From contig JAUYEG010000070.1 of the NCBI GenBank assembly GCA_030691505.1, positions 23,777 through 87,776 on the forward strand: a stretch of DNA of 64,000 bases, in the 5' to 3' direction. The notes under the pieces were generated by a model, which saw only the letters and a program-made list of their open reading frames with translations, ran no database searches and was not told where the DNA came from. Both the position numbers and the translations under genes were made by a program. Of the stretch, positions 1 through 10,307 are shown piece by piece; the stretch's first letter is position 1; every line of letters begins with the position of its first letter. Source of the DNA: Bacillota bacterium. GTDB taxonomy: Bacteria; Bacillota; Sulfobacillia; JAUYEG01.

Positions 1-1
1 G

Positions 2-2683
2 ACTCTGCCGAGTGGGCTGGTCGTAATCGCCAAGGAGATGCGGCACGCCCCTGTTGCAGCTTTTTCGGTTTGGTACCGCGTCGGCGGGCGCAACGAGGTC
101 CCCGGCATCACCGGTATCTCGCACTGGGCCGAACACATGATGTTCAAGGGCACCGAACGCTTCGGCAAGGGCGCTCTTGACCGCCTCGTCACGTCGCGCG
201 GCGGCGAATGGAACGGGTTCACCACCGAGGACTTCACCGCCTACTACGAGGTGCTGCCCAGCGAGCATATCGGCATCGCGGTGGATATCGAGGCCGACCG
301 CATGGCCAACTCCCTTTTCAGCCCATCGGAGATCGACAGCGAGCGCTCGGTAATCATCTCCGAACGCGAGGGAGCGGAAAACCAGCCGGTTTTCTGGCTG
401 ACGGAGACCGCGCAGGCGGTGTGCTGGGCGGTCCATCCTTACCGTCAGGGCGTGATCGGGGCCAAATGCGACCTGCAGGCGATTACCAGGGAAGACCTGT
501 GGGCCCACTACAGGGCGTACTACAGCCCGGACAACGCCGTCGTCGTGGCAAGCGGGGACTTTGCCGCCACGGACCTGTTTTCACTTGTTGAAAGAAGCTT
601 CGGCGCCATTCCGCGTGGCTCGCCGCGGCGCCCGCTCCGGTCCGTCGAGCCTCCGCAGGAGGGACCGCGCCGGCTCACCGTGCGCCGTCCCGGCCCCGCG
701 CCGTACCTGCTGCTGCTGCACCACGTGCCGGGGGTGGCCCACCCCGATATCCCCGCGCTGCTCTGCCTGCAGGCTGCTCTGGCCGGAGCGCAGAGCCCCG
801 TCGCGTGGCTCGGCCGGAGAATGGGCAAGAGCTCCCGGCTTTACCGCAGGCTGGTCCAGAGCGGCCTTGCGGTCAGGGTCCAGACGGCGGTCGACCTGCG
901 GGCCGACCCGTCTGTCTTCGAAACGCTCGTTACGGCGTGCCCGGACACGGACGCCGGCGCGCTTGAGGAGGCCATCGGGACGGAGCTCGGGGACATCGGA
1001 GCGAACGGTATTGCGCCCGGCGAACTGACGACAGCCAAACAACAGCTTCGTGCGCAAATAGCCTACTCACGGGCCGGGGTCCTCGGCCACGCCACCTGGC
1101 TCGGAATGTTCACCATGATCGCCGACACCGGCCTTGCAGAGACTTTTGAGCAGGCCATAGCCGCCGTGGGCCGGGACGACGTCCAACGCGTGGCGCGGCA
1201 ATACCTGGTGCCCAACAACAGCACCACGGGCTGGTTTCTGCCGGCCGACCCGGGCGAGGACCGGGCCCGGACAAAGGACAGCCGCCCGCAGGCGGAGGCC
1301 CAGGCGCCCGAGCCCGACTCCAGGGACCGCCGCTCCGGTTTCAGCGGGTGGAAGGCACCCGGCGGGCCGCCACCGGAAGGGACTTCGGCTGCACCGCGCC
1401 CGGTCCGCGGCCTCCCCGGGCCATCCGACATAGCCCGGCTGCGCCTGGAAAACGGAATGGTGCTGCTCGCGTGCAGCAATTCGGCTGCAGAGCACGTGGA
1501 GTTGACCATGCATATGGCGGCGGGATCGGCCTGCGAGACGCCGGAAACAGGCGGATTGGCCAATTTCGCCGCCCGCGGTACGCTGCTCGGCACCGCGGAC
1601 CGCCCGTTCGAAGTGATCAACGAGCAGCTCGACGCGTTGGGCGCATCGCTCGCGGCGGATTGCGGCCCGGACGCGGCGCGCTGGCGCGGGAGCTGTCTTT
1701 CAGGCGATCTGCCGGCCGTGGCGGACCTGCTCGCGGAAACGCTTGACCGCCCTTCGTTCCCAGCCGAGCACGTCGAGCGGCTCCGCCTGGAACTGGCGAC
1801 CCGCATTCGCGAAAGGGATCAGGACACGCGGGAACTCGCCCAACGAACCGCGCTGGAGCTAGCATATCCTGGAGGGCACCCCTATGGCCGCCACCCGCTC
1901 GGCCTGCTCGAGTCGCTGACCCGGCTCGGCCCGCAGGACCTTCGCGACTTTCACTCCCGGTGCTACGGGCCTGAGCGGACCGTCGTGGCGGCGGTTGGCC
2001 CGCTCGCTTCGGATAGGCTCCTATACATGGTCAGCAAAGCCTTTGGCGGCTGGCGGACTCAGGCCGCGCCGGCAGGGCCGCCGCCCACGGCCGGCGATAT
2101 GGCCGCCCCGGTCCGCCGGGATCTGCATCTTCAGGGCAAGACCCAGAGCGACGTGGCCATGGCCCTTCCGGCGCTCGCGCGCGGCGATCCGGACTACGAG
2201 AACCTTGCTGTCCTTAATCTGATCCTCGGCCGTCTGGGCCTTGGCGGCCGTCTGGGCCAGCGCGTCCGGGAGGATCTCGGGCTTGCCTACTACTGCTTCA
2301 GCGGACTCGCGGAGCGGATCGGCCGCGGTCCGTGGGTTCTCTTGGCAGGCGTCAATCCGGCCAACGTGGAGTTGGCCATAACCACCATCCGCGAGGAACT
2401 TGACCGCATCAGGCGCGAACCGGTCACTCTGGAGGAGCTGGAAACCGCGCTGGGGTTTGCCCGGGGCAGCCTGTTTCTGGAGGTGGAGTCCGCCTCGGGC
2501 CTCGCCCGGCTGCTTGTGCGCATGGAGGTCCACCAGCTCGGGCTCGACTACTTGCACAGCTACACGCAAAGCCTGGCCTCCGTGACGCCTCAGGCGCTGC
2601 TCCAGGTGTCCCGGCGGTGCCTTGACCCCGGGCGCTTGGCGCTGGTTGTCGCCGGGCCGCCGCCGGGCGGGGACCTGCCGTAA
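2..2683 (+). CDS. M16 family zinc peptidase (insulinase-like), fused active+inactive halves; 5' end truncated by window edge
   Basis: HWAEHMMFKGT inverted zincin motif (HxxEH); the reading frame stays open to nt 2, so the start lies upstream of the window; two tandem M16 domains by eye. Confidence 0.85.
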   Translation, partial: TLPSGLVVIAKEMRHAPVAAFSVWYRVGGRNEVPGITGISHWAEHMMFKGTERFGKGALDRLVTSRGGEWNGFTTEDFTAYYEVLPSEHIGIAVDIEADRMANSLFSPSEIDSERSVIISEREGAENQPVFWLTETAQAVCWAVHPYRQGVIGAKCDLQAITREDLWAHYRAYYSPDNAVVVASGDFAATDLFSLVERSFGAIPRGSPRRPLRSVEPPQEGPRRLTVRRPGPAPYLLLLHHVPGVAHPDIPALLCLQAALAGAQSPVAWLGRRMGKSSRLYRRLVQSGLAVRVQTAVDLRADPSVFETLVTACPDTDAGALEEAIGTELGDIGANGIAPGELTTAKQQLRAQIAYSRAGVLGHATWLGMFTMIADTGLAETFEQAIAAVGRDDVQRVARQYLVPNNSTTGWFLPADPGEDRARTKDSRPQAEAQAPEPDSRDRRSGFSGWKAPGGPPPEGTSAAPRPVRGLPGPSDIARLRLENGMVLLACSNSAAEHVELTMHMAAGSACETPETGGLANFAARGTLLGTADRPFEVINEQLDALGASLAADCGPDAARWRGSCLSGDLPAVADLLAETLDRPSFPAEHVERLRLELATRIRERDQDTRELAQRTALELAYPGGHPYGRHPLGLLESLTRLGPQDLRDFHSRCYGPERTVVAAVGPLASDRLLYMVSKAFGGWRTQAAPAGPPPTAGDMAAPVRRDLHLQGKTQSDVAMALPALARGDPDYENLAVLNLILGRLGLGGRLGQRVREDLGLAYYCFSGLAERIGRGPWVLLAGVNPANVELAITTIREELDRIRREPVTLEELETALGFARGSLFLEVESASGLARLLVRMEVHQLGLDYLHSYTQSLASVTPQALLQVSRRCLDPGRLALVVAGPPPGGDLP

Positions 2684-2741
2684 CGTAGGTGCAGCGGCCA
2701 CACAGGCTGGGGGACGGAAACACAGGGGGAGGAACCTTTGT

Positions 2742-3713
2742 TTGTCACCTGATGTCAGCTCTGGACTGAAGATCAACCGGCTGGGGCAGACAGGATTGAA
2801 TGTAACCCAGCTGTGCTTCGGTGCGTTGCCCATCGGCCCAAATCAGCTTTCAGTGCCGGTCGCCGAAGGCGCCGAGGTCATCGGTCTTGCCCTTGACGCG
2901 GGGGTCAATTTCATCGACACGGCCCAGTCCTACCGGACCTACGCGTATATCGAGCCGGCGCTGGCGGGGCGGCGCGACAGCGTTGTCGTCGCCAGCAAAT
3001 CCGCGGCCGCCACGTACGAGGACATGCGCGCGGCGATAAAGGAAGCGCTGACGGCGCTGGGACTTGAGCGGATCAGCGTCTTTCACCTCCATGCCGCGCG
3101 GGTGACGCCCGAAGTCTTCGAGCAGCGCGCCGGGGCGCTGCGTTGTCTGGTCGAAGCCAGGCGGGCGGGGGTGATCCAGGCCGTGGCCGTCGCGACCCAC
3201 AGCGTAATCACTGCGCGTGAGGCCGCCGACCGGGACGAGATCGACGTCATCATGCCCATCATCAACGTCAGGGGCCTCGGCATCCTGCATGGGACGCGGG
3301 ATGAGATGGTCGAGGCGATCAGCTACGCGGGCAGGCAAGGCAAGGGCGTATATGCGATGAAGGTCCTTGGCGGGGGCAACCTGCTCGACGACATGCGTTC
3401 GGCGCTCGATTTTGCGCTCGGCCTGCCTGAACTTGCTTCAATGGCTGTGGGCATGGTGTCCCGGGCGGAGGTCGCGGCCAACGTCCGCATCTTCTCGGGA
3501 ATCGCGGAGGCGCCGGGCCCCGGCGCCAAGGTCTTTCAGGCCAAGACCATGAACGTGCTTTCGTTTTGCCAGGGGTGTGGAACGTGCGTCGAGGCCTGCC
3601 CCAACCTGGCCCTGGCCATCGTCGGCGGCAAGGCGGTCGTGGACCGCGAGCGGTGCCTGCTATGCGGCTACTGCGCCCCTGTTTGCCCGCAGTTCGCGAT
3701 ACGGGTGGTTTAG
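2742..3713 (+). CDS. aldo/keto reductase fused to a C-terminal 2x[4Fe-4S] ferredoxin domain
   Basis: AKR-like N-terminus (KINRLGQTGLNVTQLCFG); C-terminal CQGCGTCVEACP and CLLCGYCAPVCP motifs; TTG start 9 nt after GGAGG chosen over the ORF-track ATG at 2622, which overlaps the upstream gene. Confidence 0.75.
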   Translation: MSPDVSSGLKINRLGQTGLNVTQLCFGALPIGPNQLSVPVAEGAEVIGLALDAGVNFIDTAQSYRTYAYIEPALAGRRDSVVVASKSAAATYEDMRAAIKEALTALGLERISVFHLHAARVTPEVFEQRAGALRCLVEARRAGVIQAVAVATHSVITAREAADRDEIDVIMPIINVRGLGILHGTRDEMVEAISYAGRQGKGVYAMKVLGGGNLLDDMRSALDFALGLPELASMAVGMVSRAEVAANVRIFSGIAEAPGPGAKVFQAKTMNVLSFCQGCGTCVEACPNLALAIVGGKAVVDRERCLLCGYCAPVCPQFAIRVV

Positions 3714-3918
3714 GATCCTGTTTCCGCACCTTCACAGAGGGGATGCAGAGCCTGCTCGCCGCCATCGTGGCGAAGACCGATGAGCTTCTTGCGCAGGGTT
3801 GGAGACAGGGATTCTGTTGGCAGCACTATTGAGAGCGCAGATGTGAGAGGGCGCATCATTGAGTATCTGATCGCTGGGGGGGGAGGTCGGGGCAGCTATG
3901 CCGGCCGCATCCGTTTGG

Positions 3919-4227
3919 TCATCCACGGCTGAACGTGCCGAGGAAGACCAGGAGCACGCCGAGCGCGATCACCGCGAGCCGCCAGGCCCCGACCCTGTCC
4001 GCCAGCCCGGTAAGGCCCACGGCGCTCACGGTGATGAAAACGAGCGGACCGACCAGCCCGAGAGCGCTGTTGACCCTCAGGGCGCGCTCAATACGCGCCG
4101 AGGTCAGAATGAGGACAAGGCCCGCCACCTCGGCCAGCACGGAGAGGGCCCGGATCGCGGCCATGGCCAGCACGACGGTCCGGTCCGGGCCCAAGCCGGA
4201 AAGATCACCTGGCCGCACATTGACCAC
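3919..4227 (-). CDS. hypothetical small membrane protein
   Basis: 102 aa, mostly hydrophobic with 3 predicted TM segments; no family recognised. Confidence 0.3.
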   Translation of the reverse strand: MVNVRPGDLSGLGPDRTVVLAMAAIRALSVLAEVAGLVLILTSARIERALRVNSALGLVGPLVFITVSAVGLTGLADRVGAWRLAVIALGVLLVFLGTFSRG

Positions 4228-4281
4228 CCGCTACCAATATGCGCTAGGCCGAGCAGCAATGTGCGCCAGGGACCGCATGAC

Positions 4282-4776
4282 CTAGGCCCAGCGGTTAAAG
4301 ACAAAGACCTCTTCGGCGGGCTTGCGCGGCCGCGGGGTCCCCTCCATGTCCGGAACCCCCAGCGGGAGCAGGGCTACAACCTTGACCTCCTCGGGGATAC
4401 CCAGAAGCTGCCTTACCTGATCCGGCTCAAAGGCCCCGACCCAGCACGTGCCAAGGCCCAGCTCGTGGGCCGCGAGCGTCATGTGGTCGAGTGCGATGGC
4501 GACGTCGACCATGTGCCACTTGAGCGAAGGATCGGGGGCGCAGGCGACTATCACGGCACCGGCCTGTCCGACAAATTCCTGGTTGCGGGCTGCGGGAACA
4601 AGCCTCTTGCGCGTTTCGGGATCGGTGACGACGAGAAACCTCCAGGGCTGGCGGTTGCCCGCGGAAGGCGCAGCCCTGCCGGCCTCAAGCACCTGCGCGA
4701 GCTTGTCCTCGGGCACCGGCACATCCTTGTACTTGCGTATGCTCCGCCTGGTTTTGATGGCGGTAAGAACGTCCAT
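4282..4776 (-). CDS. nitroreductase family protein
   Basis: RRSIRKY...GNRQPWRF motifs typical of the NfsB/NfnB nitroreductase fold. Confidence 0.85.
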   Translation of the reverse strand: MDVLTAIKTRRSIRKYKDVPVPEDKLAQVLEAGRAAPSAGNRQPWRFLVVTDPETRKRLVPAARNQEFVGQAGAVIVACAPDPSLKWHMVDVAIALDHMTLAAHELGLGTCWVGAFEPDQVRQLLGIPEEVKVVALLPLGVPDMEGTPRPRKPAEEVFVFNRWA

Positions 4777-5019
4777 CGACGCACCTCCAAAGCAACGTTG
4801 GTCCCAACTTGGCAGGCCTCAGCCTCGGGCCGCCCGGGTGACCTTAGCCTCACGTACTCCCCGCCGGCTGAAACCTCCTGCCACGCAATCACCGCATATA
4901 CTGCGCATAGCATGTAGCAGCAGGTGTAGCGCGAAAAGGCGCGAATGTTAGCCAAAACTGTCGCCAGTTCCTCTTGACGACCCGCCCAACTCGTTGCCGC
5001 ATTCCTGTCCTGGCGATCA

Positions 5020-6378
5020 ATGAGGTGGCATGTGCCCCATCCAGCCTGGTATTTGGTGTTGGGCGCGGTGGCCGGCCGGCCGGACTTCTGCAAGCTCCTG
5101 AGCCGCAGAAAGGGCTTCGTTCCCGGGGGCCCCGTGTCCGCGGTCGTGGTGCTGCTCAAGGGCCTCGTCCCGGTGGGCATCGCCACCCTTTTCTCGTCCG
5201 GGCCCATGCTGCCGGTCGCCACCGCCATCGCCGGGCTGCTCGCGCACCTGCTCACCTCCGGTCGCCGGCTCCTGCTCTGGTACATTCTTGGCGCAACTCT
5301 GGGGCTGCGGCTCTGGGAACTCGCGGCCATCGTGGCCGCCATGGCCTTCGCTGCGCGCTACGTTGACCACCTGCAGCTGCTATACCTTACCGGCCCCACG
5401 ACGGCGGGCATCCTGCTGGTCGCCCCAGGCTGGTTTAGCGAGGACGCGCACACGGCATGGCTGGTCGTCGCCATGACGGGCATCCTGATCTTCCTCGCCC
5501 GCGGGGTGATCAAGCGTTACCGGGGATTTCTCAACCGGCTCGTGCCTGCCGGGCTGATCGTCGCCAGCCTCGTAGTCTTCTGGGGCCTCGGCCAGGTCAA
5601 CAGCGGACGCTCCGGTTTCGCGCGAACCGTGGTGTGCCCCCAGATCCTGAGCGGGTCGCCGACCGGCGGGTTGGTGGCGCTGACGTTCGACGACGGTCCC
5701 GACCCTCTCTACACGCCCAAGGTGCTGAGGCTCCTACGCCAGGCCGACGTGAAGGCGACCTTCTTCGTCGTAGGCAGCAAGGTCTTGGCCCATCCCGAGA
5801 TAGTAGCCCAGATCGTCGCCGACGGGCATACGATCGGAAACCACTCCCACACCCACCGTAACCTTTCGACGATGGGAACCCAGCAGCTAGCCATGGAGAT
5901 CGACCTGGCTCAGGACGCGATCGAGCAGGCGTGCGGCATCCGCCCGCACCTGATGCGGCCGCCCCGGGGTATGGGCAGCCCGGAGCTCTTCCGCCTGCTT
6001 ACGGAAAGGGGCATGACCCTCGCGCTGTGGTCCAAGTCATCTCAAGATTGGCTTCAGCCGACCCCATCCGGGATAGTGGCAAGCCTCGGCAAGGCGGTCA
6101 GGTCCGGGGACATCCTTCTCTTCCACGACAGCGGGGACTTCTTCAAGTCAAGCGGCGCCAGCCGGGCGGGAACGCTGAGCGCCCTGCCGGGGATCATCGT
6201 CGCGCTGAAAACCCGAGGTCTGCAACTGGTGACCATGGACGACATCATCGAGCAGGCGCTGGTCCTTGGGTGGGATATGGGCGTTCCTGAGCCCTCAACC
6301 AGGGCGGCCCTGGACGTCGCCGACGACCGCCAGCCCGGACGCGGAGTCTGGGCCTTGCTCAGCCAGGGGGCTCGCTAG
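5020..6378 (+). CDS. membrane-anchored polysaccharide deacetylase (NodB/CE4 domain)
   Basis: N-terminal ~200 aa multi-TM region; C-terminal TFDDGPD...HSHTH NodB motifs. Confidence 0.8.
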   Translation: MRWHVPHPAWYLVLGAVAGRPDFCKLLSRRKGFVPGGPVSAVVVLLKGLVPVGIATLFSSGPMLPVATAIAGLLAHLLTSGRRLLLWYILGATLGLRLWELAAIVAAMAFAARYVDHLQLLYLTGPTTAGILLVAPGWFSEDAHTAWLVVAMTGILIFLARGVIKRYRGFLNRLVPAGLIVASLVVFWGLGQVNSGRSGFARTVVCPQILSGSPTGGLVALTFDDGPDPLYTPKVLRLLRQADVKATFFVVGSKVLAHPEIVAQIVADGHTIGNHSHTHRNLSTMGTQQLAMEIDLAQDAIEQACGIRPHLMRPPRGMGSPELFRLLTERGMTLALWSKSSQDWLQPTPSGIVASLGKAVRSGDILLFHDSGDFFKSSGASRAGTLSALPGIIVALKTRGLQLVTMDDIIEQALVLGWDMGVPEPSTRAALDVADDRQPGRGVWALLSQGAR

Positions 6379-6380
6379 AC

Positions 6381-7439
6381 CTACCTGATGATGTCCAGGG
6401 CCGCTGCCACGATCTTGGCCCGGTCGCGCTCGAGCAACGGATGCTGCCGGTCGGGGACCTCCACTTGCTTGGTGTGCCCGCAGAGCGGGGTGCTGAAGTA
6501 GCGGAAACCGTGATCGTTAATGAACGTCACGATCCGGCGCAACTCCGTATGCCGCTCCGCGATCCTCTGCGCGGCCGCAACGTTGCACCCGCTGGAGATG
6601 CCGCAGAAGATCCCCTCTTCGCGAGCCAAGCGTCTTGCGGTGGCCACGGCTTCGCCGGTGCTGACCTGCACCACGCCGTCCAGGGTGTCGAGGTGGAGGT
6701 TGCCGGGCACAAAGCCGTCCCCGATCCCCTCGATACCGTGCGTGCCCCACTCGCCCCTCGACAGCACGGGGCATTCAGAGGGCTCGACGGCGTAGACCAG
6801 GACGCGGCGCCCGCGCCCGGCGGCCTGCTGCTTAAGGTACCTGCCGGCGCCGCTCAGCGTGCCGCCGGAGCCCTGCGCCGCGACCAGCACGTCCAACAGC
6901 CCGCCGGTCTGTTCCCAGATCTCCGGGCCGGTCGTGGCGTAGTGCGCGGCGACGTTGTCCGGGTTCTCAAACTGCCCGGCTTCCCAGTACCTGCCGGGAT
7001 CGCCCTCGACGATTTCCCGGACCGTGTCCAGCACCACATCCACATCGCTCTCGCCGCCGGCTGTGTAGCGAAGCTCCGCGCCGTACATGGTGATCGCCAG
7101 CTTGCGTTCCTCGCTCATACCCGCCGGCATGACGATAATGCAGGGATATCCCTTGACCGCGGCGACCATGGATGCGGCGATGCCCGTGTTTCCGGTCGTG
7201 CCTTCGATGATCGTCATGCCCGGACGCAGCTCGCCGCGCCGTTCGGCGGCCTCGACCATCCTGAACAGGATCCGGTCCTTGAGGCTTCCGGTCGGGCCGT
7301 AGTACTCAAGCTTGGCGAGTATCTCCGCGCCGCCGGCAGTCCCCGCCACGGAGCGGCCCAGCCGCACGAGCGGCGTCAGACCGGCCGTGTCAAAGATGCT
7401 CTCCGCGATCTTCCTGTTGCGCTGCCAGTCAAGCTCCAC
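6381..7439 (-). CDS. PLP-dependent cysteine synthase family protein (CysK/CysM-like)
   Basis: GSLKDR PLP-lysine motif and TGNTG loop typical of the fold-type II cysteine synthase family. Confidence 0.85.
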   Translation of the reverse strand: MELDWQRNRKIAESIFDTAGLTPLVRLGRSVAGTAGGAEILAKLEYYGPTGSLKDRILFRMVEAAERRGELRPGMTIIEGTTGNTGIAASMVAAVKGYPCIIVMPAGMSEERKLAITMYGAELRYTAGGESDVDVVLDTVREIVEGDPGRYWEAGQFENPDNVAAHYATTGPEIWEQTGGLLDVLVAAQGSGGTLSGAGRYLKQQAAGRGRRVLVYAVEPSECPVLSRGEWGTHGIEGIGDGFVPGNLHLDTLDGVVQVSTGEAVATARRLAREEGIFCGISSGCNVAAAQRIAERHTELRRIVTFINDHGFRYFSTPLCGHTKQVEVPDRQHPLLERDRAKIVAAALDIIR

Positions 7440-7455
7440 GGCCGTCGCTCCGGCG

Positions 7456-8091
7456 CTACGGCGACGCCGTGACTTTGGTCACGCGGGTCATCTTGTCCCC
7501 CGCCGCCAGCTGGTCCACAACGTCCATGCCCTTTACGACCTTGCCGAACAGCGCGTACTGGCCGTCAAGTGAAAGCTGGTTTTCCTTGACGATGTAGAAC
7601 TGCGACCCGGCCGAGTCGGGGTCGAGCGACCGGGCCATGCCAACCGCGCCGCGCACGTGGCTGAGCTTGCGGTATATCTCCAGCTCGATCGTCCATCCGG
7701 GGCCGCCCGTCCCGTCACCGGCCGGATCGCCGCCCTGCACGACCCAGTCCTCGACGCGGTGGAACGTCAGACCGTCATAGAAGCTGTCCGCAACAAGCTT
7801 CTCAAAGTTGGCGGCGGTCTTTGGCATGACCTTGGGATAGACGTTTAGGGTGATCTCGCCCTTGTCGGTTTCGATCTTATAGGCCACCGGCTGCCCCAGA
7901 TTGGACGGCCAGAAGATGACCGCCGCAGCCAGCACGACCATCAGCGCGATGACCCCGTACATGAGCACGGTCTGCTTGTTGCGCGGCTTGCGCTCGGGCA
8001 TATGCCTCGCGGCCTGCCGGGTCATCTTGGGCGCGGGACGTCCCTTGCCGCCCCGGGGCGCGGACTTTGTCGGTTTGTTGGCTGTCGGCAT
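7456..8091 (-). CDS. membrane-anchored cyclophilin-type peptidyl-prolyl cis-trans isomerase
   Basis: Cyclophilin core (FHRV...GGDP...QFYI); start reassigned to the ATG at 8091, which has an AGGAGTGA RBS 10 nt upstream; basic N-terminus plus one TM helix. The ORF-track 351-aa N-extension is low-complexity and unlikely to be coding. Confidence 0.85.
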   Translation of the reverse strand: MPTANKPTKSAPRGGKGRPAPKMTRQAARHMPERKPRNKQTVLMYGVIALMVVLAAAVIFWPSNLGQPVAYKIETDKGEITLNVYPKVMPKTAANFEKLVADSFYDGLTFHRVEDWVVQGGDPAGDGTGGPGWTIELEIYRKLSHVRGAVGMARSLDPDSAGSQFYIVKENQLSLDGQYALFGKVVKGMDVVDQLAAGDKMTRVTKVTASP

Positions 8092-8561
8092 CAATCGGTC
8101 ACTCCTGACGCAGCTATTCGTCGATCGCTCTGCTATTCTGCACGGTGGCGTCTTTGCCTGCCTCGGCGGCGGCGGACGACTAGCCCCTCTCGACCACTTC
8201 GAGCCGGTAGCGCTGCGCGTTGTCCGGATCGGGGCAACCGACCTCGATGTATGTGCTTGGCCCGTCGTGCTTGTGCCACGGGAAACGCCCGCCGTGGCGC
8301 AGTACCACGTAGAAAGGATACAGGCTGCTCCAGGCCCAATGACAGAGGCCCGCAGGCGGCCCGTCCGTGACATCCCACTCCTCTTGCCCGCTGTGTCCTC
8401 TCGGACACGGCGCGGCGCTCCCGACGATGCGCGCGATGATCCTCCTTGAAGCCACTCTCCGTCCCCCCGGTTGCCGACAGACGCGGTGCCGGGCAAGCCC
8501 GGCACCGGCAAGTCGTTTGTCGCGGATAGCCCGCGCCTTGCGTACTACAGCCGTCTCATTT

Positions 8562-10232
8562 TCAGAGCTTGATTCTTACCCCGTGCTTCCCCGCCTGGGC
8601 ACAGCTCGCCGTCACGACGGCCTCGGTGCCGGCGGCCGCCTTGACGACCCACTCCAGCCGGCATTCCTGCTTGGGCTGCGCCCCCGGCCCCCACGGGTTA
8701 AACGATACGGCGGAGCGGCCGTCCAGGTGGCCGACCTCCTGCTCGCGCTGCCCGACGACGTACTCCAGGGAGCCCGCCGCGGCCTCAAGCTTGACCTCGA
8801 CCGGCTTGGCGACCTTGATCGTCTTGGCCTGCTCGGTCAGGTTGGTCGCGAGGTACCCCAGGTTGCGGACGACGGCCGTGACCCGGTAGACACCCTCGCC
8901 GACCTGCTCGGCGCAGGCTTCGGAGATTCGCAGCAGCGGGGTTGTCAGCGCGTGCTTGATAGTGAAACGGCAGTTTTTCTCGCACTCATCCTCAAGCAAC
9001 TTGCCGGGAGGAGCGTTCTGCCGCACGGTCTTGGGGACCCATCCGCCGATCTCAACCTTTCCGAGCTGGGGATGGTCGTAGTGGGCCCAGTTGACGAAGC
9101 CCTTGCCGCCAAGCTCCCCGTCCTGCCACTTGAGCAGCTTGAGCTGATCTTCTTCGATGTCCTTAGGCGTCTTGTCCCGCATCTCTTTCTTCTTGTCCGC
9201 CCCGGCGCGGCCCATCATGTCCCAGAGCTCGGTGGTGAAGCCGATAATGCCGCGGTGTTCATACACCCAGTCGATGAAAATGCCCGCCCGGCTCGCGCCC
9301 AGCCCGCCGTGCGAGGCCGGGATGCAGGGATAGCTGGTGATCTCCTCGCCGCGCAGGCCGATCACCTTGAACAGCTGGAGATCCTGCGGATTCATCTTGT
9401 CGTCTGGCTTGCTGCAAAAGGCCCTGTAGATCACGCCGCCGGTCGTGTGGTAGGCCTGAAACGCGCCGATATTGGGATGCGCCAGCACGAACTCAGCCAG
9501 CGCCCGCGTCTCGGGCTCCGAAAGGGGGTATGGCCCCGCGCCGCTCTGCCCCAGAACCCAGTTCGCGGGGAAGTTGCGGTTGATGTCGAGGCCGTACTTG
9601 GTGGGCGCGACCTGAAGCGGTACTTCAGGCTCACCGTAGATCCGGCCCTCCGGATATATGCGGTAAAAGGTCCCCTCGTCATCGTCCGGCGCCCGCAGGA
9701 TCAGGAGCCGTGGATCCTTCTCGGAAGCCTTCCAGGGCCCGCTTTCGTCCTCGACTCGCATCTGCAGGATCATCCCGTCGCCGTTGACGTCCTCCGCGCG
9801 AAGGCCCTCCTTCTCCTCCTCCTCCGGGTACGCCCGTACCGAGGAACGGAGCATCGTCGGCGTGGTGAGATACAGCTCCGCACCGTCGGGGTTGACCCGC
9901 GGCATGAGATAAAACGCCCGCGAATCGAGGAGCTTGGTGACCTCGGCATCTTTGCCGTACCCGCAGAGCAGGTGGCGCACGGTGTAAAGGCAGACATGCG
10001 AACCGGTGACCTCGCCGGCATGGATGTTGCCGTCGATGTACATCGCCGGCTTGTCCTCCGCCGGCCCCGTTGCGGAGTTGGTGATCGTAAGACACCAGAT
10101 GTCGCGGCCCTCATAGCTCCGGCCGATCGACGCCAGGGAGCAGAGCGCCGGGTACTCCCGGACGGCGCTGTCCAGAAAAGCCTTGATCTCGTCATAGAGG
10201 TAGAAATGGTCGAACTTGAGGTCCAGGGACAA
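8562..10232 (-). CDS. M14 family zinc carboxypeptidase (paralog 1)
   Basis: HAGE zinc-binding motif and downstream His/Glu residues of the M14 fold; TTG start with AAGGAGG 8 nt upstream; ~250-aa C-terminal extension of unknown function. Confidence 0.8.
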   Translation of the reverse strand: MSLDLKFDHFYLYDEIKAFLDSAVREYPALCSLASIGRSYEGRDIWCLTITNSATGPAEDKPAMYIDGNIHAGEVTGSHVCLYTVRHLLCGYGKDAEVTKLLDSRAFYLMPRVNPDGAELYLTTPTMLRSSVRAYPEEEEKEGLRAEDVNGDGMILQMRVEDESGPWKASEKDPRLLILRAPDDDEGTFYRIYPEGRIYGEPEVPLQVAPTKYGLDINRNFPANWVLGQSGAGPYPLSEPETRALAEFVLAHPNIGAFQAYHTTGGVIYRAFCSKPDDKMNPQDLQLFKVIGLRGEEITSYPCIPASHGGLGASRAGIFIDWVYEHRGIIGFTTELWDMMGRAGADKKKEMRDKTPKDIEEDQLKLLKWQDGELGGKGFVNWAHYDHPQLGKVEIGGWVPKTVRQNAPPGKLLEDECEKNCRFTIKHALTTPLLRISEACAEQVGEGVYRVTAVVRNLGYLATNLTEQAKTIKVAKPVEVKLEAAAGSLEYVVGQREQEVGHLDGRSAVSFNPWGPGAQPKQECRLEWVVKAAAGTEAVVTASCAQAGKHGVRIKL

Positions 10233-10307
10233 CGGGCAAACCTCCTTCTTGACGCGCGGGTCTGCGTCGTCTATTCGGGCGGCGAAAGAGCCACTCCTGC
10301 CCCCCGG

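Noticed and set aside
6441-7472. 343-aa plus-strand ORF
   Set aside because: Antisense to the CysK-family gene
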